From the NCBI RefSeq assembly GCF_006345805.1, contig NC_043004.1:61504001-61568000 (forward strand): a stretch of DNA of 64,000 nucleotides, in the 5' to 3' direction. Under the pieces are notes generated by a model, which had not been told where the DNA came from, did no database searches, and saw nothing but the letters and a program-made list of their open reading frames with translations. The position numbers were made by a program, and so were the translations under genes. Positions 1-14,673 of this stretch are shown here, one piece after another. Origin of the DNA: Octopus sinensis (taxonomy: Eukaryota). Positions within the stretch are counted from its first letter, which is position 1; each line of letters starts with the position of its first letter.

Positions 1-990
1 GTAGTAGCTCAATCACAAGTATAACTTTCATATATAAGGCAACTGAGGGAGATAAGTGCTATATATGCCTTAGTAGATCTCTTTATAAATTAAAACAAAA
101 AACTCCCCAACACAAACGGAAGTTAGAAAAAGACAATCACTACTCCTACAATCAATTATATGTTTCCGGAACAGAAAGAGATTTAACAGTAAGCTTTCCC
201 GTTTAATAAGTAATTTTGCCTTCTCTTAACTTACCTTGGGACTTCCACAACATCACACATAAACGCTTGAAGTAATTCAAAATATGTCTTCAGTGAGGAA
301 GTTCTCAAATTACATTACAACTGAAATTATCATGAACTTAGATTATAACCTAAAGACACAACTGGATAAATAATCGCTGCTTCAGTAAATTCATACTCCT
401 TTCTGAATAGTAAGAAAAATCGATGGAATATATTAGCGTCGTCGCCCTTGTCTGGGTTCTCAGATTTTAAATACTTTCTGGCAGAATTTGTTGCATATTT
501 TCAAGAGTAATCTCAGTGAATAAAAGCTTCCAACTCACTATATATTATATACGAAACTCTACTTTATTTACAAAGCAAATAATCCGCCGCTTGGAGATCG
601 GGAATTATTTATAAATCTTCTATTTCATTTAACTCATCATCAACTTTACTGTTTAAAATATATGATTCTCACAAATGAATGAGCTTCAAGGATTTTACTC
701 AATTTATAAGGATTAATTGGGAAATATATTTCTAAACATAAAGAAAGCATTTTATAATGGCTTCATGCTTACACTGTCTGCAAAATGACTATAGATGGAA
801 CTTATTTCATCATTTCAATGCTCTATCATCACTGGCACGTCGTTAAACATCAAGAGTATCAAAATATGATAACTCTTTATATCCACATCTAATTTCAAAC
901 GACATTAAGCGTTAATGCATATTTTGAATAACTATCTCTGTATGTATACATTGTTGTTGTACACACAAATACACAAAAAACACTATATTC

Positions 991-1035
<45 letters not shown>

Positions 1036-1077
1036 AAAAGATATATATATATTGTGTATATACATACACACACACAC

Positions 1078-1111
<34 letters not shown>

Positions 1112-1115
<4 letters not shown>

Positions 1116-1362
1116 AATTGCAGCGTGGAAGGTGTTTATAAGCCATTTAAGAAACACACAAAAGCCGTTCGATTCACTTCAACATTTAAGTTTAATTTGT
1201 CAAAATATTTTCGTCGCTAAAATCCGCGACTTAAATGTTGAAGTGAATCGAACGGCTTTTGTGTGTTTCTTAAATGGCTTATAAACACCTTCCACGCTGC
1301 AATTGTTTTCGTTTCAGCACACGATCTCAGATCAAATTACTTGCTATGCGAGTACATCTCCG

Positions 1363-1365
<3 letters not shown>
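1112..1365. mobile_element. Short non-coding foldback element (family F1) in (TA)n; perfect 80-bp inverted arms 1112-1191 and 1229-1308
   Basis: Arms are exact reverse complements; same family at 2208-2367, 10483-10637 and 44235-44578; spacer holds hammerhead stem II, GAAA and stem III but lacks the 5' core. Confidence 0.85.
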
Positions 1366-1424
<59 letters not shown>

Positions 1425-2166
1425 CTTTATGTAGCCAAAAGAAATCATGTTCACCAGAATATCCCAAGCAGTGCGTTTTGTCGACAGACAATGTTTTTAC
1501 CAATCAACTGTATTGTGGTAAAAAAATATAAACATCTAATTTGTATTACAAGACCACAATTTAGGAAAAATTTGTTTGATTGCCAACTAATTCATGGCCA
1601 ATCTTTCACTGGTGACTAATCTTATTATTGCCAGAATGATGAAAGGCAAATACTGTATGGTTGGAATATGAACAACAATGTAGAAACAAGGTAGGAAAAT
1701 GTGTATCCTTTTTCATTTGTAATCCAGCAAATTCCGCCACTCAAACACCTTCTGATAGCAATATAATACGAAGATAACTGCAAGAAAATAATAGCATTTC
1801 CATTTACATCTGTGAAAAGAAAATGTCAACGAAACAAAGTTATTATTAAATTTGAATATATGTTCTAAATAATCTTAACACGTAGCCTACAGATTGCTAG
1901 AGCAGTAGTGTAGTAAGAAGCTATAAATTCATTCATAATGTCTTCTGCAAAGTGGCTCCTCCATGTTACTACTAGTTTAACCCTAGGCAGATTCTCCGCC
2001 AGTTTGTAACTGGTGCGACTCTGCAACCTTTATATACAATACACATTGTTAGCTAAGGCAGCTAAAACCTACCATCCTCTTGAAGGTTATCAGTCACTTT
2101 GATGTGGCGACTGACTTTACATCTTAATATAGTTACTACTCTGTTATTTTGTAAGTGGATGGTTTG

Positions 2167-2207
<41 letters not shown>

Positions 2208-2209
<2 letters not shown>

Positions 2210-2367
2210 GGAGGTGTACTTGCATAGCGAGTGACTTGATCTGTGATCGTGTGCTGGAACGAAAACAATTGCAGCGTGGAAGGTGTTAGATTCACTTCAA
2301 CATTTAAATTTAATTTGTCAAACTATTTTCGTCGATTTGAGACCGCGACCTGTTCACTGACAAAACT
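2208..2367 (-). mobile_element. Family F1 copy with a G3-C8 hammerhead-like fold (2314-2364)
   Basis: Minus strand reads tttgtca-GTGAACA-g-gtcgc-ggtctcaaa-tcgac-GAAA-atagtt-tgacaaa; abuts (TA)n. Confidence 0.75.
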
Positions 2368-2391
2368 TACAATTTGTTTTTTTTATTTTAG

Positions 2392-2453
2392 AGATGACGG
2401 AGATGGTATTTTTTCAGTGAATGCCTGGTATGACTCGGAAATGAATTCAATCA
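2392..2453 (+). CDS. M13 peptidase exon (DDGDGIFSVNAWYDSEMNSI)
   Basis: T-rich tract and TAG acceptor, GTAAGT donor; VNAWY matches the M13 VNA(F/Y)Y substrate-binding motif; phase-1 end fits the next exon. Confidence 0.9.
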
Positions 2454-2804
2454 GTAAGTAGCAATAATAATTTCCCATTTGGGAATATGGTCTCATAATT
2501 ACAGAGTGAGAGGAAATGAGAATTTTGCGCACATTCGCGCAGCAATGCGTTGCTGCTTTACATACGCTTTTGAGTAAAAAATATCTTCTTCGCAATGAAA
2601 AATAAACTATTTTCTGTCCGCCTTTCTACCATATTCTCTCGCGCTCTTTTTTTTATTTTCCGTCTTCTCTGCACAAGGTACACACATACACACACACTCA
2701 CACACACAGACACACACACACACAAACACACACGCACATACACACACACACAAACATACACTTACATATACTTACCGTCATTACTGTTATCGTGTATATA
2801 AATG

Positions 2805-2856
<52 letters not shown>

Positions 2857-2897
2857 GATATAGTTATATGTTTATATATGTACGTGTATATATATAG

Positions 2898-3063
2898 CGA
2901 GAGAATTCACGAAACACAAGTCGAAGACAGATGGTGTAGTAAACAAACAGATGTATCAGTATAACGCTCGGGAATTGAAAAAGTCGTTTACGTTCCGAGC
3001 CTATGCTCTTCCACAAAAAGGAACACAGAAAGAAACAAGGAGAGAAAACTGTGTGTAGTTGCT
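2898..3063 (-). mobile_element. Solo Penelope-type 3' terminal repeat with a decayed hammerhead
   Basis: Reverse-complement similarity to 51730-51887; flanked by TA repeats. Confidence 0.7.
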
Positions 3064-3572
3064 ATATATATATATGTATGTATGTATTTGAATTTAGATG
3101 TCTTCATTTGACCCGTTTGATCCTCTCTCACCCACCTCCATTCATCTTCGAAGACAGAAACAACAGAGTGAATTTAGGTGAAATACGTTAAGATCCATCA
3201 TTTAATTTCTCTGTGTCTTAGAATTATAAGGTACAATTGAGCATGTGGGATGCGAGAAAGTAAACATTTATCCTCATTCTTCATATCCATTTTTCACTCA
3301 TCTTGGATGTAATGGTACGGTCAATTGCGAACCATGTTACGTTTATCAATTATTAATCTTTAATAAGAGGAGACAATGACCAGTCGAAGGCACTGGTTTG
3401 GACGCCAAAATATACCCACAAAACCTCTGACTATGTTCAGAATGCAGTGACTAGTGCATGTGTTTATATCACTGTGTTGCAAATCTGCGTATTTTTTATG
3501 CAAATATATGTACATTCACCCATCAATATTAAACCAGCACATAGAAGAAATACCACGGTTCCTGATCCCTAA

Positions 3573-3619
3573 TGATGCTGACGAGTGAATACTTTTACGA
3601 AAACGTAGAATTTACATCG
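3573..3619 (+). ncRNA. Minimal type I hammerhead ribozyme-like motif
   Basis: tgatg-CTGACGA-gtgaa-tact-tttac-GAAA-acgtagaat-TTA-catcg; stems I and II pair, stem III only about 2 bp. Confidence 0.55.
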
Positions 3620-4817
3620 AAAATAAGATTCGAGAGTTTATATTCCTATCGGCAACAGCACTGGGGCCAATCGTTCAAAAATTCGTTTCATTAAAAAATT
3701 GTGGGAGGATATCATGGAAGCACCCAAGGAAGCCATCCCTAGATAAATGAACTGAATCGTCAGTCATAAATGGGAATTTATTCATCACCTGTTAAGGTGA
3801 ATGCATTTTTCGATGCAGGGTTGTAATAGTAAGCAGCATCCTATGTCAAATAAACGTATCCAAAATAAGTTTAAGCAAACTTATAAGAGCTTGATTGTGT
3901 GCACCGATATTGTTAGAAAGGACAAATATACTTTCCAAGTTAACCATTGGCTTATACAGAAACACCTTGGAAGATATAATTAAGCCAGAAAAGTTGTGTC
4001 AGGGAGTGCGTCATCAACAGACACCGACGCTGTTCAGCTTTATCCAGAATTCCGTAAACTTAACGAATAAAGGTGACTATTTAGCCCACTACATATTGAA
4101 CGCAGATGCAACAAGCTTTTGAGGCACGAGGTGATTGCAAAAAGTTAAGTAGCTAAGAGAAGGCAAGGATACCAACTTTTCTAGCTGGTAAAGACCGAAT
4201 GGCTTTATTTTACTGTAGGAACTCCACTCGAGTATTTAAATCTAAATTACTGCTTACACACCGTTTTACTCAACCTTGATCTTTAAGAGCAATAGTGCCT
4301 GACACGTAAGAATATTAGTCCTTATGTACTAATGCGTTATCACAGAAAGTGTGTGAGTGCTGAGGGCGCCTTTACCGTTCTTAGGGCTGAAATAGTGGTG
4401 TCACTTTTTAATTCCTAGTACTGTGTCACCAAAAATATGCTAATTTTGGTAGTTTCCGATATAGCCCTGTTCGTCCTAATCTCAAATATATTCGACAAAG
4501 TTTACTATAGCGTGATTATTATAGGCACAGTTTCGAGTTTTTCACGAGGGTGACATCCTCTCTCCACAATACTTTATTGAGATAAGCTTACTTTTTACTG
4601 GTGTATCTAGAAGTGTAGCATGTAGTTGGAGCTGCGTATATGCTCCGTCACTATCATTTTGCATTCCTCACTCATCCACTCATCAATGTATGAAACATTT
4701 CTCCTGGCCAGATTGTTGTCTACATACTGAGATATGCAAAGTCAAAATCATGGCTTACTAGATATTGTTTGAAACGTCTATCCAGCCATACGAAAAAAAA
4801 ATTGCGACACCTCCAAT

Positions 4818-5958
4818 TAAATATGTATGTATTATGCGTGTGTGTTTGTCTCTGTGTGTTTGTTTGAGTGTGTTCACTATCGCCTGGCACCCATTGTTGG
4901 TGTGCATATGTCCCCAAGAAGTTAGTGGTTCGGCAAAAGGGACTGATACTATAAGTACTAGGATTAAAAAGAATAAGAGTTGTGATCGATTGGCTGTCAC
5001 TTTTATGACCGTATTATTATTAATGTTTGAAATGTCACTACAAAGTGTGATTCTTAAGGCCAGCATTGATAAAATGTGTGAAAAGTAGTTCTAATGTTAT
5101 AGTACACTGAATTGATGGAATTACGTCAGGTCCAAACGAATCAGCGTGCATTCTACATATTTCTGATAGGGTTTTACCTATTTTCATTCAAGTTGGACAT
5201 GCTTCAGTTAAGTTACGTTTTCAATGGTATTCCTTCGAGAAACTGGATGTTACGAACAAAACACGATCATCAGCATTGATGTTGTTGATTAGTACATCGG
5301 ACTCTCAAGTCAACTTCACACATTTCTCAACAGCAAATTCTATATCAACGTGAAAGCTCGGTGATGCTACATCGGTTTACCTATTATACAGCTACTGAGA
5401 GCATATTTTATGGTTGCGTTAGCAGATTCTAATTATTACATACCCATTTCTATCACATACTTCCACCATAATTTGTAACAAGAAGCGATTAATAATGTGA
5501 CAGGACGTATAACATAATGTGGTAGCCATTTTGAGTGCGTATCACAATCATATGTTCAGTATAAGCTATGTAGTATTTCCGAAGGCAATATAAGAATGAT
5601 GTTTCATTGTTGATTTTCATAAAAATTGCTGTCCGATTATTGGAATGCAGAATATTACTTCATTTCCATATGCATAGCATGTAGTTGCGTGCTCTTGTTA
5701 TAGATTCTCACAATGATTACTAACAACCAACGTAAAATTTTTACAGTTACGCATTCAGATAGAGAAAAAAGACACACATACAGATAAATATGTATGTATT
5801 ATGCGTGTGTGTTTGTCTCTGTGTATTTGTTTGAGTGTGTCCACTATCGCCTGGCACCCATTGTTGGTGTGCATATGTCCCCAAGAAGTTAGTGGTTCGG
5901 CAATAGGGACTGATATTATAAGTACTAGGATTAAAAAGAATAAGAGTTGTGATCGATT
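4818..5958 (+). repeat. 174-bp direct duplication of a diverged SINE body (4818-4991 and 5785-5958)
   Basis: Near-identical copies 967 bp apart. Confidence 0.85.
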
Positions 5959-6798
5959 TCTGCAACTAAAACTGTTTCAGACGGTGCTCCTGCATGGCCA
6001 AATTAAAATGACTGAAACAAGTAAAAAAATAAAAGCATATATATATATTAGACTATCTATCAGTCTGTCTTTCTATCTATCAATATCTGCCACAAAAGTT
6101 AACATATCTGCATAGTGTGGACGTCGATGCCGTCAAAACGGAAATAGATATCGCCCTTTTATCACCAACAAACCTCATTGAGGTACAGATGAATCCAGGG
6201 ACGTACAATAGAATCCAAGTCCCTTATGCACCAAATGGAACAACAGTTGGTACAAAGGCACATACACGACTTTTGAGGAACCCACCAGGCAGAGGAAGTC
6301 AGGAAAACAACTATGGTGGTCCGGCCTGACCAGATCTACACGGCTGAAACGAATAAAAGAATAGAATATATGTAGATATGTAGCCATATATGAATCGCAG
6401 ACGATTTTTCTTTTTTCCTTCATCTTACATTTCTATTGGAATCTGTTTTTATTGACAGTATTCTGGGAGGCATTTTGCCCAAGCTTGAACTCACGCAAGA
6501 AAAATAAGCGAAGGTCCTTTATTATCATCTTCGTAATTAAGAACGCCTACGCTTCAAAAATATTTTCTGCCTGAAATACGTAGAAACTTATTAAAGAGCA
6601 TACAACAATTATTAAGAATGTCGAAATTCATCTAAGATATAATTAAAATAGTATGATAAAGATTGCGTTTTAAAACACAAAACTTAGAGCCGCCATTATT
6701 TTCGGCACAACGTAACATATACTGTGTTCATTAAGCAATGTTTATCTCTGACCAGATGGCGTACATTTTTGTTGATATTACTTTACCGGAAGAGTAAC

Positions 6799-6868
<70 letters not shown>

Positions 6869-7016
6869 ATACATACATACACCCATGCATGTATGTGTGT
6901 GTATCTGTGTGCGCGTTCGTGTGTACACACACATTTGCTGAACCGTCGGTGCTTTAACATAATAACTTATTTGCTACGGAATAAATGTGACTTGTTACAT
7001 TACACCTTCAAGGAAA

Positions 7017-7056
<40 letters not shown>

Positions 7057-7628
7057 TAAATATTAGTAGGTCGGTAGTTATGTACATATATGTTGTGGTG
7101 TGTATGATGTAATGTGGTAGTTTGTAATTTAATTTTTGCCTTTTGCACATGTTGATTTGCTGCGATAATTATTGCATCTGCATTGGAAAGTTTTTATGAG
7201 GCGTTTATTTTTTTTGTTTAATTATTCATTCCAGATCCGTCTATTATTTTACTATAGACTTTGCTTTAACTCAATGTATTTTAGTTTTTTTTTCTTTTCG
7301 AATGCGACAAAGAAGCAGAAATATAACTGCCAATCAACAAATGCAACAGGTAAACCAGTAGACAAGCAAAACACTTGGATATAAACTAACAATTATAAGT
7401 CTATTACAAATATAGAGATGTATCACCTTTCACACGCCTTCAGAATGGAAATCACTTGGAACACGTGTCAGAAGATAATAACCACGTTTCAAACAAACAT
7501 GTAATCTACACACAATTCTTTAATGCGTCTCTCTTATTTGCTCGATGCACCTCGCCTTTCAAGTGTGCATGTGTGTGTATGAATGCGTGGCGTATGCGTG
7601 CATGTATATGTGTATGTATTTATGTATG

Positions 7629-7660
<32 letters not shown>

Positions 7661-7710
7661 AGTGTGTGTACGTGTGTGTGTGCGTGTGCGTCTGTTTATA
7701 TATATATATA

Positions 7711-7749
<39 letters not shown>

Positions 7750-7751
<2 letters not shown>

Positions 7752-7935
7752 GCAGGCGTTGCCGTGTGCTACAGTCGCAGGACTGGCTTTTTGGTAAGAA
7801 GCTTGCGCTTCCCAACCACATGGTTTCAGGTTCAGTCCCAGCTTGGACAGGTGTATTATCAGGTAACATCGGGGGTGGGGGGCGACTAAAGCCTTGTGTG
7901 TGGATTTGATAGAGGGAAATTGAAAGTAATTAGTC

Positions 7936-7971
<36 letters not shown>

Positions 7972-8160
7972 ATACACACACTTATGTGTGTGTCTGTGTT
8001 TGTTTGCCTAACACCACTAGACAACCGGTATCGTTCTCTTTCCATTGCCATTACTTAGCATTTCGCCAATGGAATCGATGGAATACGAACCAAGCTTAAA
8101 AAAGAAGTACTGGGCTCGATTCATTCAACTGAAAATTCAATGCGGTGCCCCAGTATAGTA
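7750..8160 (+). mobile_element. tRNA-derived SINE, family A (internal microsatellite)
   Basis: Head ggtaagaagcttgc...ggttcagtccca; homologous to copies at 13780-14115 and 36535-36960 on the minus strand. Confidence 0.75.
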
Positions 8161-9362
8161 TGAAGAAATTTTTCCGACTAAGGCAAAAGAAGAAAATGAC
8201 TTTCCCCAGACGCAAAGATTATTAACGTTAATATACATTTGATAGCAATAGCGATAACTTCACCAATTCCCCTAAGCCTCTGGTATGTTTGACGCAGAAA
8301 TAACTATGGAGACCTACACATCTGTAAGTATTAGATGCTACTTGTCTTAGATTTTGTCTAATTGCCCATCTCCTTGATGGTTACAACTTGTGCTTGCCAC
8401 TTCGACGAAACAAGTCATGAACAAATCCATTCAATTACTGCAGCTAATGCTATTACATCTACAGACATTGTGTTTAATATGAGATTCTGTAAATAATAAA
8501 ATACCATTAATTATTTTGTCTTATATATTACTAATTTTCCGTTCACTTGTTATATTTTATATACAATATATACAGCATCTTTTAATTTTTTTTTATTCTA
8601 GCGAAATTTCATTTTTATCTCAAAATTATTAACAAAATAATCACAAGGTAAAATATTTTTATCATAGTGAGCCTCGATAATAATTTCTGCAGTACTTGAT
8701 CATGTAATGCTCCTTTTATATTGCCAACTTTTCAGTTCAAATCGCCGACGTGGTTTGATCAAGTTGTGTAAAGGGCATAAAAAACAATGCAATGTTTTCA
8801 CTGCTGCGCATTTAATTTTGTCATTTATCGCCCAGATACAAACTTTGCATGTTTAAAAACCCTGTTCGAGTGCTAGATAGTGGAAACATCAGAAAGCGAT
8901 TCATATATGAAATGTTATTTAATTAGAACTTATCAGAACAAGCAAACTCGATCGTATTTTCTCTTTCATTTCTCTTCGTTTCAGTGCATTTGTATCAAAT
9001 TATTTCTATGAAAGTGCTTGCCACAAAATGGACTATTTCTCAATAGCAATCTCACATGCAATATATAATTGCAATAATTGCAATAAATAAGCTGCATAAA
9101 TTAAACTATACCCTATCAATCGGAAATCATTTTTAAAAAGTTTACAAATAATGTAATGCTCAATTTGACGCCGGAACCCTTTAAATGTAAATACACGATA
9201 ACTTGGAAATTAATCTGTTTCAAAGAAATACATATTATATCTCTTGTATCTATTGATACTTTTATGACGTAACGCTCAATATATGCACGCAGAAAGAGAT
9301 AAACGATACACACATACTTACACACAGACACATAAATGTGTCTGTGTTCGCGCGTTTGCGCT

Positions 9363-9415
<53 letters not shown>

Positions 9416-9720
9416 GTGTGAGAGAAAGATTATGTGCATATGAATACGTATCGATATGTGCAACATATGTAGGTAAACACATATATAACGATGTATGTAT
9501 GTAATGCATGTATAACTGCTTTACATGCACCAGGTGTAAATAGTTTACAGTATGTAGCGTAACTTCATCCGTTTCCACGTGTTAAACCTCACCGCTAAAT
9601 TTTTGTCGCTTTCACTTATAAACAATTGATATAAACACAAGTGCATGTCAATGCGAAAACAGTCCGCCAATCGAAAATGGCCGAATGTGAATGGATACTT
9701 ACATACATACAAACATACGT

Positions 9721-9753
<33 letters not shown>

Positions 9754-9944
9754 AGAGATTAAGGGAAAGAGTTTGAGAGAGATGGGTAGAGGCACGCAGG
9801 CAGGTAAAAATGCGATATCTTTACTTAGTTTTATGGAGGCTGAGAAACTTCTAAGATTTCTGTGTTTCACGTAACCAAACTTGAAAACTTTGTATAGAAA
9901 CGTTTTCGCCTTGCTTTGCACTTCATTGCCCGGACGCGTATATG

Positions 9945-10040
9945 TGTGGCTGTGTGGTAAGAAGCTTGCTTTCCAGCAACAGCGTTTCGAGTTCTGTCCG
10001 ATTGCATGGGACATTCGGCACGTGTTCTTTTTACAATAGC
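9945..10040 (+). mobile_element. SINE family A head fragment
   Basis: gtggctgtgtggtaagaagcttgctt...gttctgtcc. Confidence 0.6.
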
Positions 10041-10089
10041 ACACGCGTGCACGGACACACACACACACATACACACATATATGTATATA

Positions 10090-10163
<74 letters not shown>

Positions 10164-10482
10164 TGCTAGCATATATAGGTGCATGTAAATGAGTGTATGT
10201 GCTTACACCTAGACATGTTATGCACTTCCGCGTACGATCGGAAGTTTAGCGAATGCTACAAAAGCTAGACGGTTGGTCTTAGGAAGTTATTGAAAGGCGA
10301 TTAAACCAAAAGAAAACTTCAATCTTGCATGTTCGTGTGCATGTTTATACAAACGTATATTTATAGATGCATATACATTAGCGACCGAGGCAGTATCATT
10401 ACCGATCCGTAATATTTAACCAGGCTTAAAGGTGCACGGTCTGATCTGGCATACAAAGATACGGACATCCCCCCATGCTCTC

Positions 10483-10635
10483 AAATATTGTGGCAAATTA
10501 TATTTAAATGTTGAAGTGAATATAATTGTTTTTGTTTGTTTCTTAAATGGCTTATAAACACCTTACCCGCTGCAATTTCTTTCGTTCCAGCACACGATCT
10601 CATATCAGGTAACTTGCTATGCAAGTACATCTCCG

Positions 10636-10637
<2 letters not shown>
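10483..10637 (+). mobile_element. 5'-truncated family F1 copy ending in (TA)n
   Basis: Similar to 1229-1365; begins in hammerhead stem III. Confidence 0.75.
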
Positions 10638-10721
<84 letters not shown>

Positions 10722-10802
10722 TTGTAATATAGGATATTTTTTTTCAAAAGTTTCATCTAGTGGCCAGCATATTAAAATACATGTAAAGATGAAAATTATA
10801 AA

Positions 10803-11470
<668 letters not shown>

Positions 11471-11474
11471 TTAT

Positions 11475-11508
<34 letters not shown>

Positions 11509-11613
11509 TCTTCTAGGCATATTATGCAATTCTTTCTGATGATTCACCGAATGATTTTACTGATATGCGAAGTGGGAGAAATTGGCCTGCAGTTTTTGTA
11601 TAGATGTCTATGA

Positions 11614-11655
<42 letters not shown>

Positions 11656-11787
11656 ATGCATATATGTATGTATACCCACCTGTACATGCATACATATATA
11701 GTTATATACATGTATATATACATACAAACATTTGCACGTTCACACACGAAATACACATAGACATACGTGAAACACTGGCACATTCTT

Positions 11788-11830
<43 letters not shown>

Positions 11831-12961
11831 CATATGAATCACTTTCTCATGCATTTAAAGAATCAATCATTGCCGTATTTTAAAATATTTTTCATTTTCA
11901 TGTCACATTCCTAACATGTGTAATAATGAACGTGGTAATCAAATGATATGCCCGTCCAATAACATAAAGTGAAATGGAAATACGTCCTGCGATTATGTAT
12001 TCCTGTCCAATGTTTTTGTTAATCGTTGGTAATCAGACACACTATGATGCACGCTGCTATATTCTAAAATATTTTAATATTGATATTTTAATATAGGTTT
12101 TGTATCGGCAACCTGGTATTCCTAAAATGTTTGGGAACGAAAATTGATATTTGTCTTTGCACAGACGCGAGTGGTATTCTCACATAAACTCATACATAAA
12201 GAGTTGTTTTCATATGTGTTTGTGCATCTGTGTTTATGTTTATCTTATGTAACACCATATTACTAGAAATATTAAATTGCCATTCGATAATCGGGAAATG
12301 ATAACAATATGTAGCAGACTGAATAAATTACATGGCTTGATATGATCAACAAAAGTCGCATGAAGAATGTACTCAATGTAGTCACAGTTTAATTGTTTAA
12401 GCTTGGAATGTAGGCACATTTGACCGCGACGGCAATTGAACTTTTAATCCAAATATATGGAAGACGTATCGCAGACCATTTTGTCGGACTCGTTAACGAT
12501 TCTGCCATTTCACCATTTTCTTTATTTCCAAAATATGGGCTGCGGAGCAAAATTATCCAAGGAGACAATATTCTATTTTTTAACAAGTCAGGGGTGGATG
12601 TGAGAGTTATAAGGCCGCTACTACCAGCTGGAGCGGAATCATGTAGAATATTATTTCTATATCTCGAATTGGAAATATTTAGAACGATAAGTTCTCTCTA
12701 ACGTAATCAGTGAGACGATGTCCCGGCAAACCATATATGCGTGGTTTGATTCACGTCATTTAACCGCTTTGTGTTCACTGTCTTAAATTCAAATCACTTG
12801 CAATGTAACAGATATATTCAAAATCCTTATTTTACGTTTATGTATTTATTTTGCAAGATTCCTGATGTGAGATCATATGTTGAAACGTGTACTGTTAAAT
12901 TTCGGGATGGTCTTTTTGTTTTTTTCATATACCCAAATGTTCTAGAAACTCATTTTTCATT

Positions 12962-13031
12962 CATAATAATAATAATAATAATAATAATAATTCTTCTTCT
13001 TCTTCTTCTTCTTCTTCTTCTTCTTCTTCTT

Positions 13032-13115
<84 letters not shown>

Positions 13116-13148
13116 GTTATTGTTATTATTATTATTACTACTACTACT
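12962..13148. repeat. Compound microsatellite (AAT)n-(TTC)n-(TTA)n
   Basis: Visible directly. Confidence 0.95.
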
Positions 13149-13149
13149 A

Positions 13150-13375
13150 AGGCGGCAAGCTGGCAATGACGTTAGCACGCCGAGCGATATGCTTAGCGAT
13201 ATTTCGTCCGTCTTCACGTTCTGTGTTCAAATCCCACTGAGGTCAGCTGTGTCTTTCATCCTTTCGATGTCCAATAACAAAGTACCAGTCACGCACTGGG
13301 ATCGATGTAATTCGAGCAGTAACCTCTTACAGAATTTCAAGTCTTGTGCCTTTAGGAGAAATGATTATTATTATT
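13150..13375 (+). mobile_element. tRNA-derived SINE, family B (diverged)
   Basis: ggcggcaagctggca...gttcaaatccc...gtaccagtcacgcactggg, homologous to 37769-38002. Confidence 0.8.
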
Positions 13376-13464
13376 CAGACGAGGTAGCTGAATCAACCGG
13401 CCCTCTCAAAATCCAAATTAGGGGACTTCTTCCATTTTGTTTCTCCGATAAACATAGTCGTTTT

Positions 13465-13770
13465 CAGAGTAGGGTGTGTTAATATTCGTTGCCTGGGGCC
13501 GGCTAGAAAGCAAGGTCAGTTGATAAATGACCTCGTTTCACTAGATTTAGATATGGCTGCAATTAGCGAGACAAGAATTTCTAATGCGCAAGCACTAGCG
13601 CTCATTTTCCAAGACTATGAGATATTCTCATCATGTTGTCTGTTGGGAACGGGCGGCGGAATAGGAGTGCTATTCCGAAAATCCTTAGATCTTGAAGTAA
13701 AGGCAATCTCGTCAGGTTGGCGGTCTTATATGTAAATGGTAACGAAGGTGTCGCCCTTAGAAATGTGATC
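13465..13770 (+). mobile_element. Non-LTR retrotransposon APE endonuclease N-terminal fragment (L1/Tx1-like)
   Basis: VGCVNIRCLG...KQGQLINDLVSLDLDMAAISETR...GGGIGVLFRK. Confidence 0.75.
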
Positions 13771-13779
13771 ATCTATCCC

Positions 13780-13916
13780 TCTGCTTATTCTTTGTAAGCC
13801 TAGTACTTATTGTATCGATTTCTTTTGCCGAACCGCTAGTTTACAGACGTAAACAAGCGATGGTAGGGAGATAAATACAAACACACAAATACATACCTAC
13901 GTACATGCATACATCC

Positions 13917-13957
<41 letters not shown>

Positions 13958-14115
13958 CAGGCTTCTTCCATTTTCTGCCTACGAAATCTACTCAAAATCT
14001 ATGGTCAACCCGAGGCTGTAGTGGAAAGCAGATTCCTAAGATGCCACGTAGTGGGACTGAACCCAGAACCATGTAGTTTCGAAGCAAGCTTCTTACCACA
14101 CAGCTACTCCTGCCC
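13780..14115 (-). mobile_element. SINE family A
   Basis: Reverse complement of the family A head and body with internal (CA)n. Confidence 0.8.
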
Positions 14116-14124
14116 TTATATATA

Positions 14125-14164
<40 letters not shown>

Positions 14165-14621
14165 TATACTACTAATATACTTATTAATCTAATACCTCTT
14201 TCTGTTTTTTTCTTCTTTCAACTGGCAATCCCTTCGATTAATATAACCAGCTTCTTTACATTCTTTTTTTTTTTTTCATTTCCCAAAATCCTACATGTGG
14301 CTTAGTAGAAAAGCATGAAAGATTATAAAATGCTGAAATGAAACACCATTGGATTGGGTGTATATTTAACTAAAGTCAGAGGAAGTTTGAGTTGATATTA
14401 TAGCATGTTAAATAGATGTACACTGATTGCTGTAAAATTGTTTGCTTATCTTCCCAGTTATGTACATCCTCAGTTATTTATCACACATTCGCTTCTGCTT
14501 TGCAATTTGGCTGCAGCGGATATGTATCACAATTTGTTTAAAAATAATTGCAATAATGTTTGATTTATCCGTCAATAAAATGATTCTCATCATACGCTTG
14601 TTTTTCATATATATTTTATAG

Positions 14622-14673
14622 CTATACCAGCAGGAATACTAAGAAATCCTTTTTTCAACATACGTTCCCCTAT
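14622..14673 (+). CDS. M13 peptidase exon (TIPAGILRNPFFNIRSPM)
   Basis: tttatag acceptor, GTGAGT donor; matches the FPAGILQPPFF motif. Confidence 0.93.

Noticed and set aside
1-900. Possible decayed LINE coding sequence (also about 3650-4200 and 33200-34300)
   Set aside because: Only vague similarity; no motif strong enough to call without a translated search
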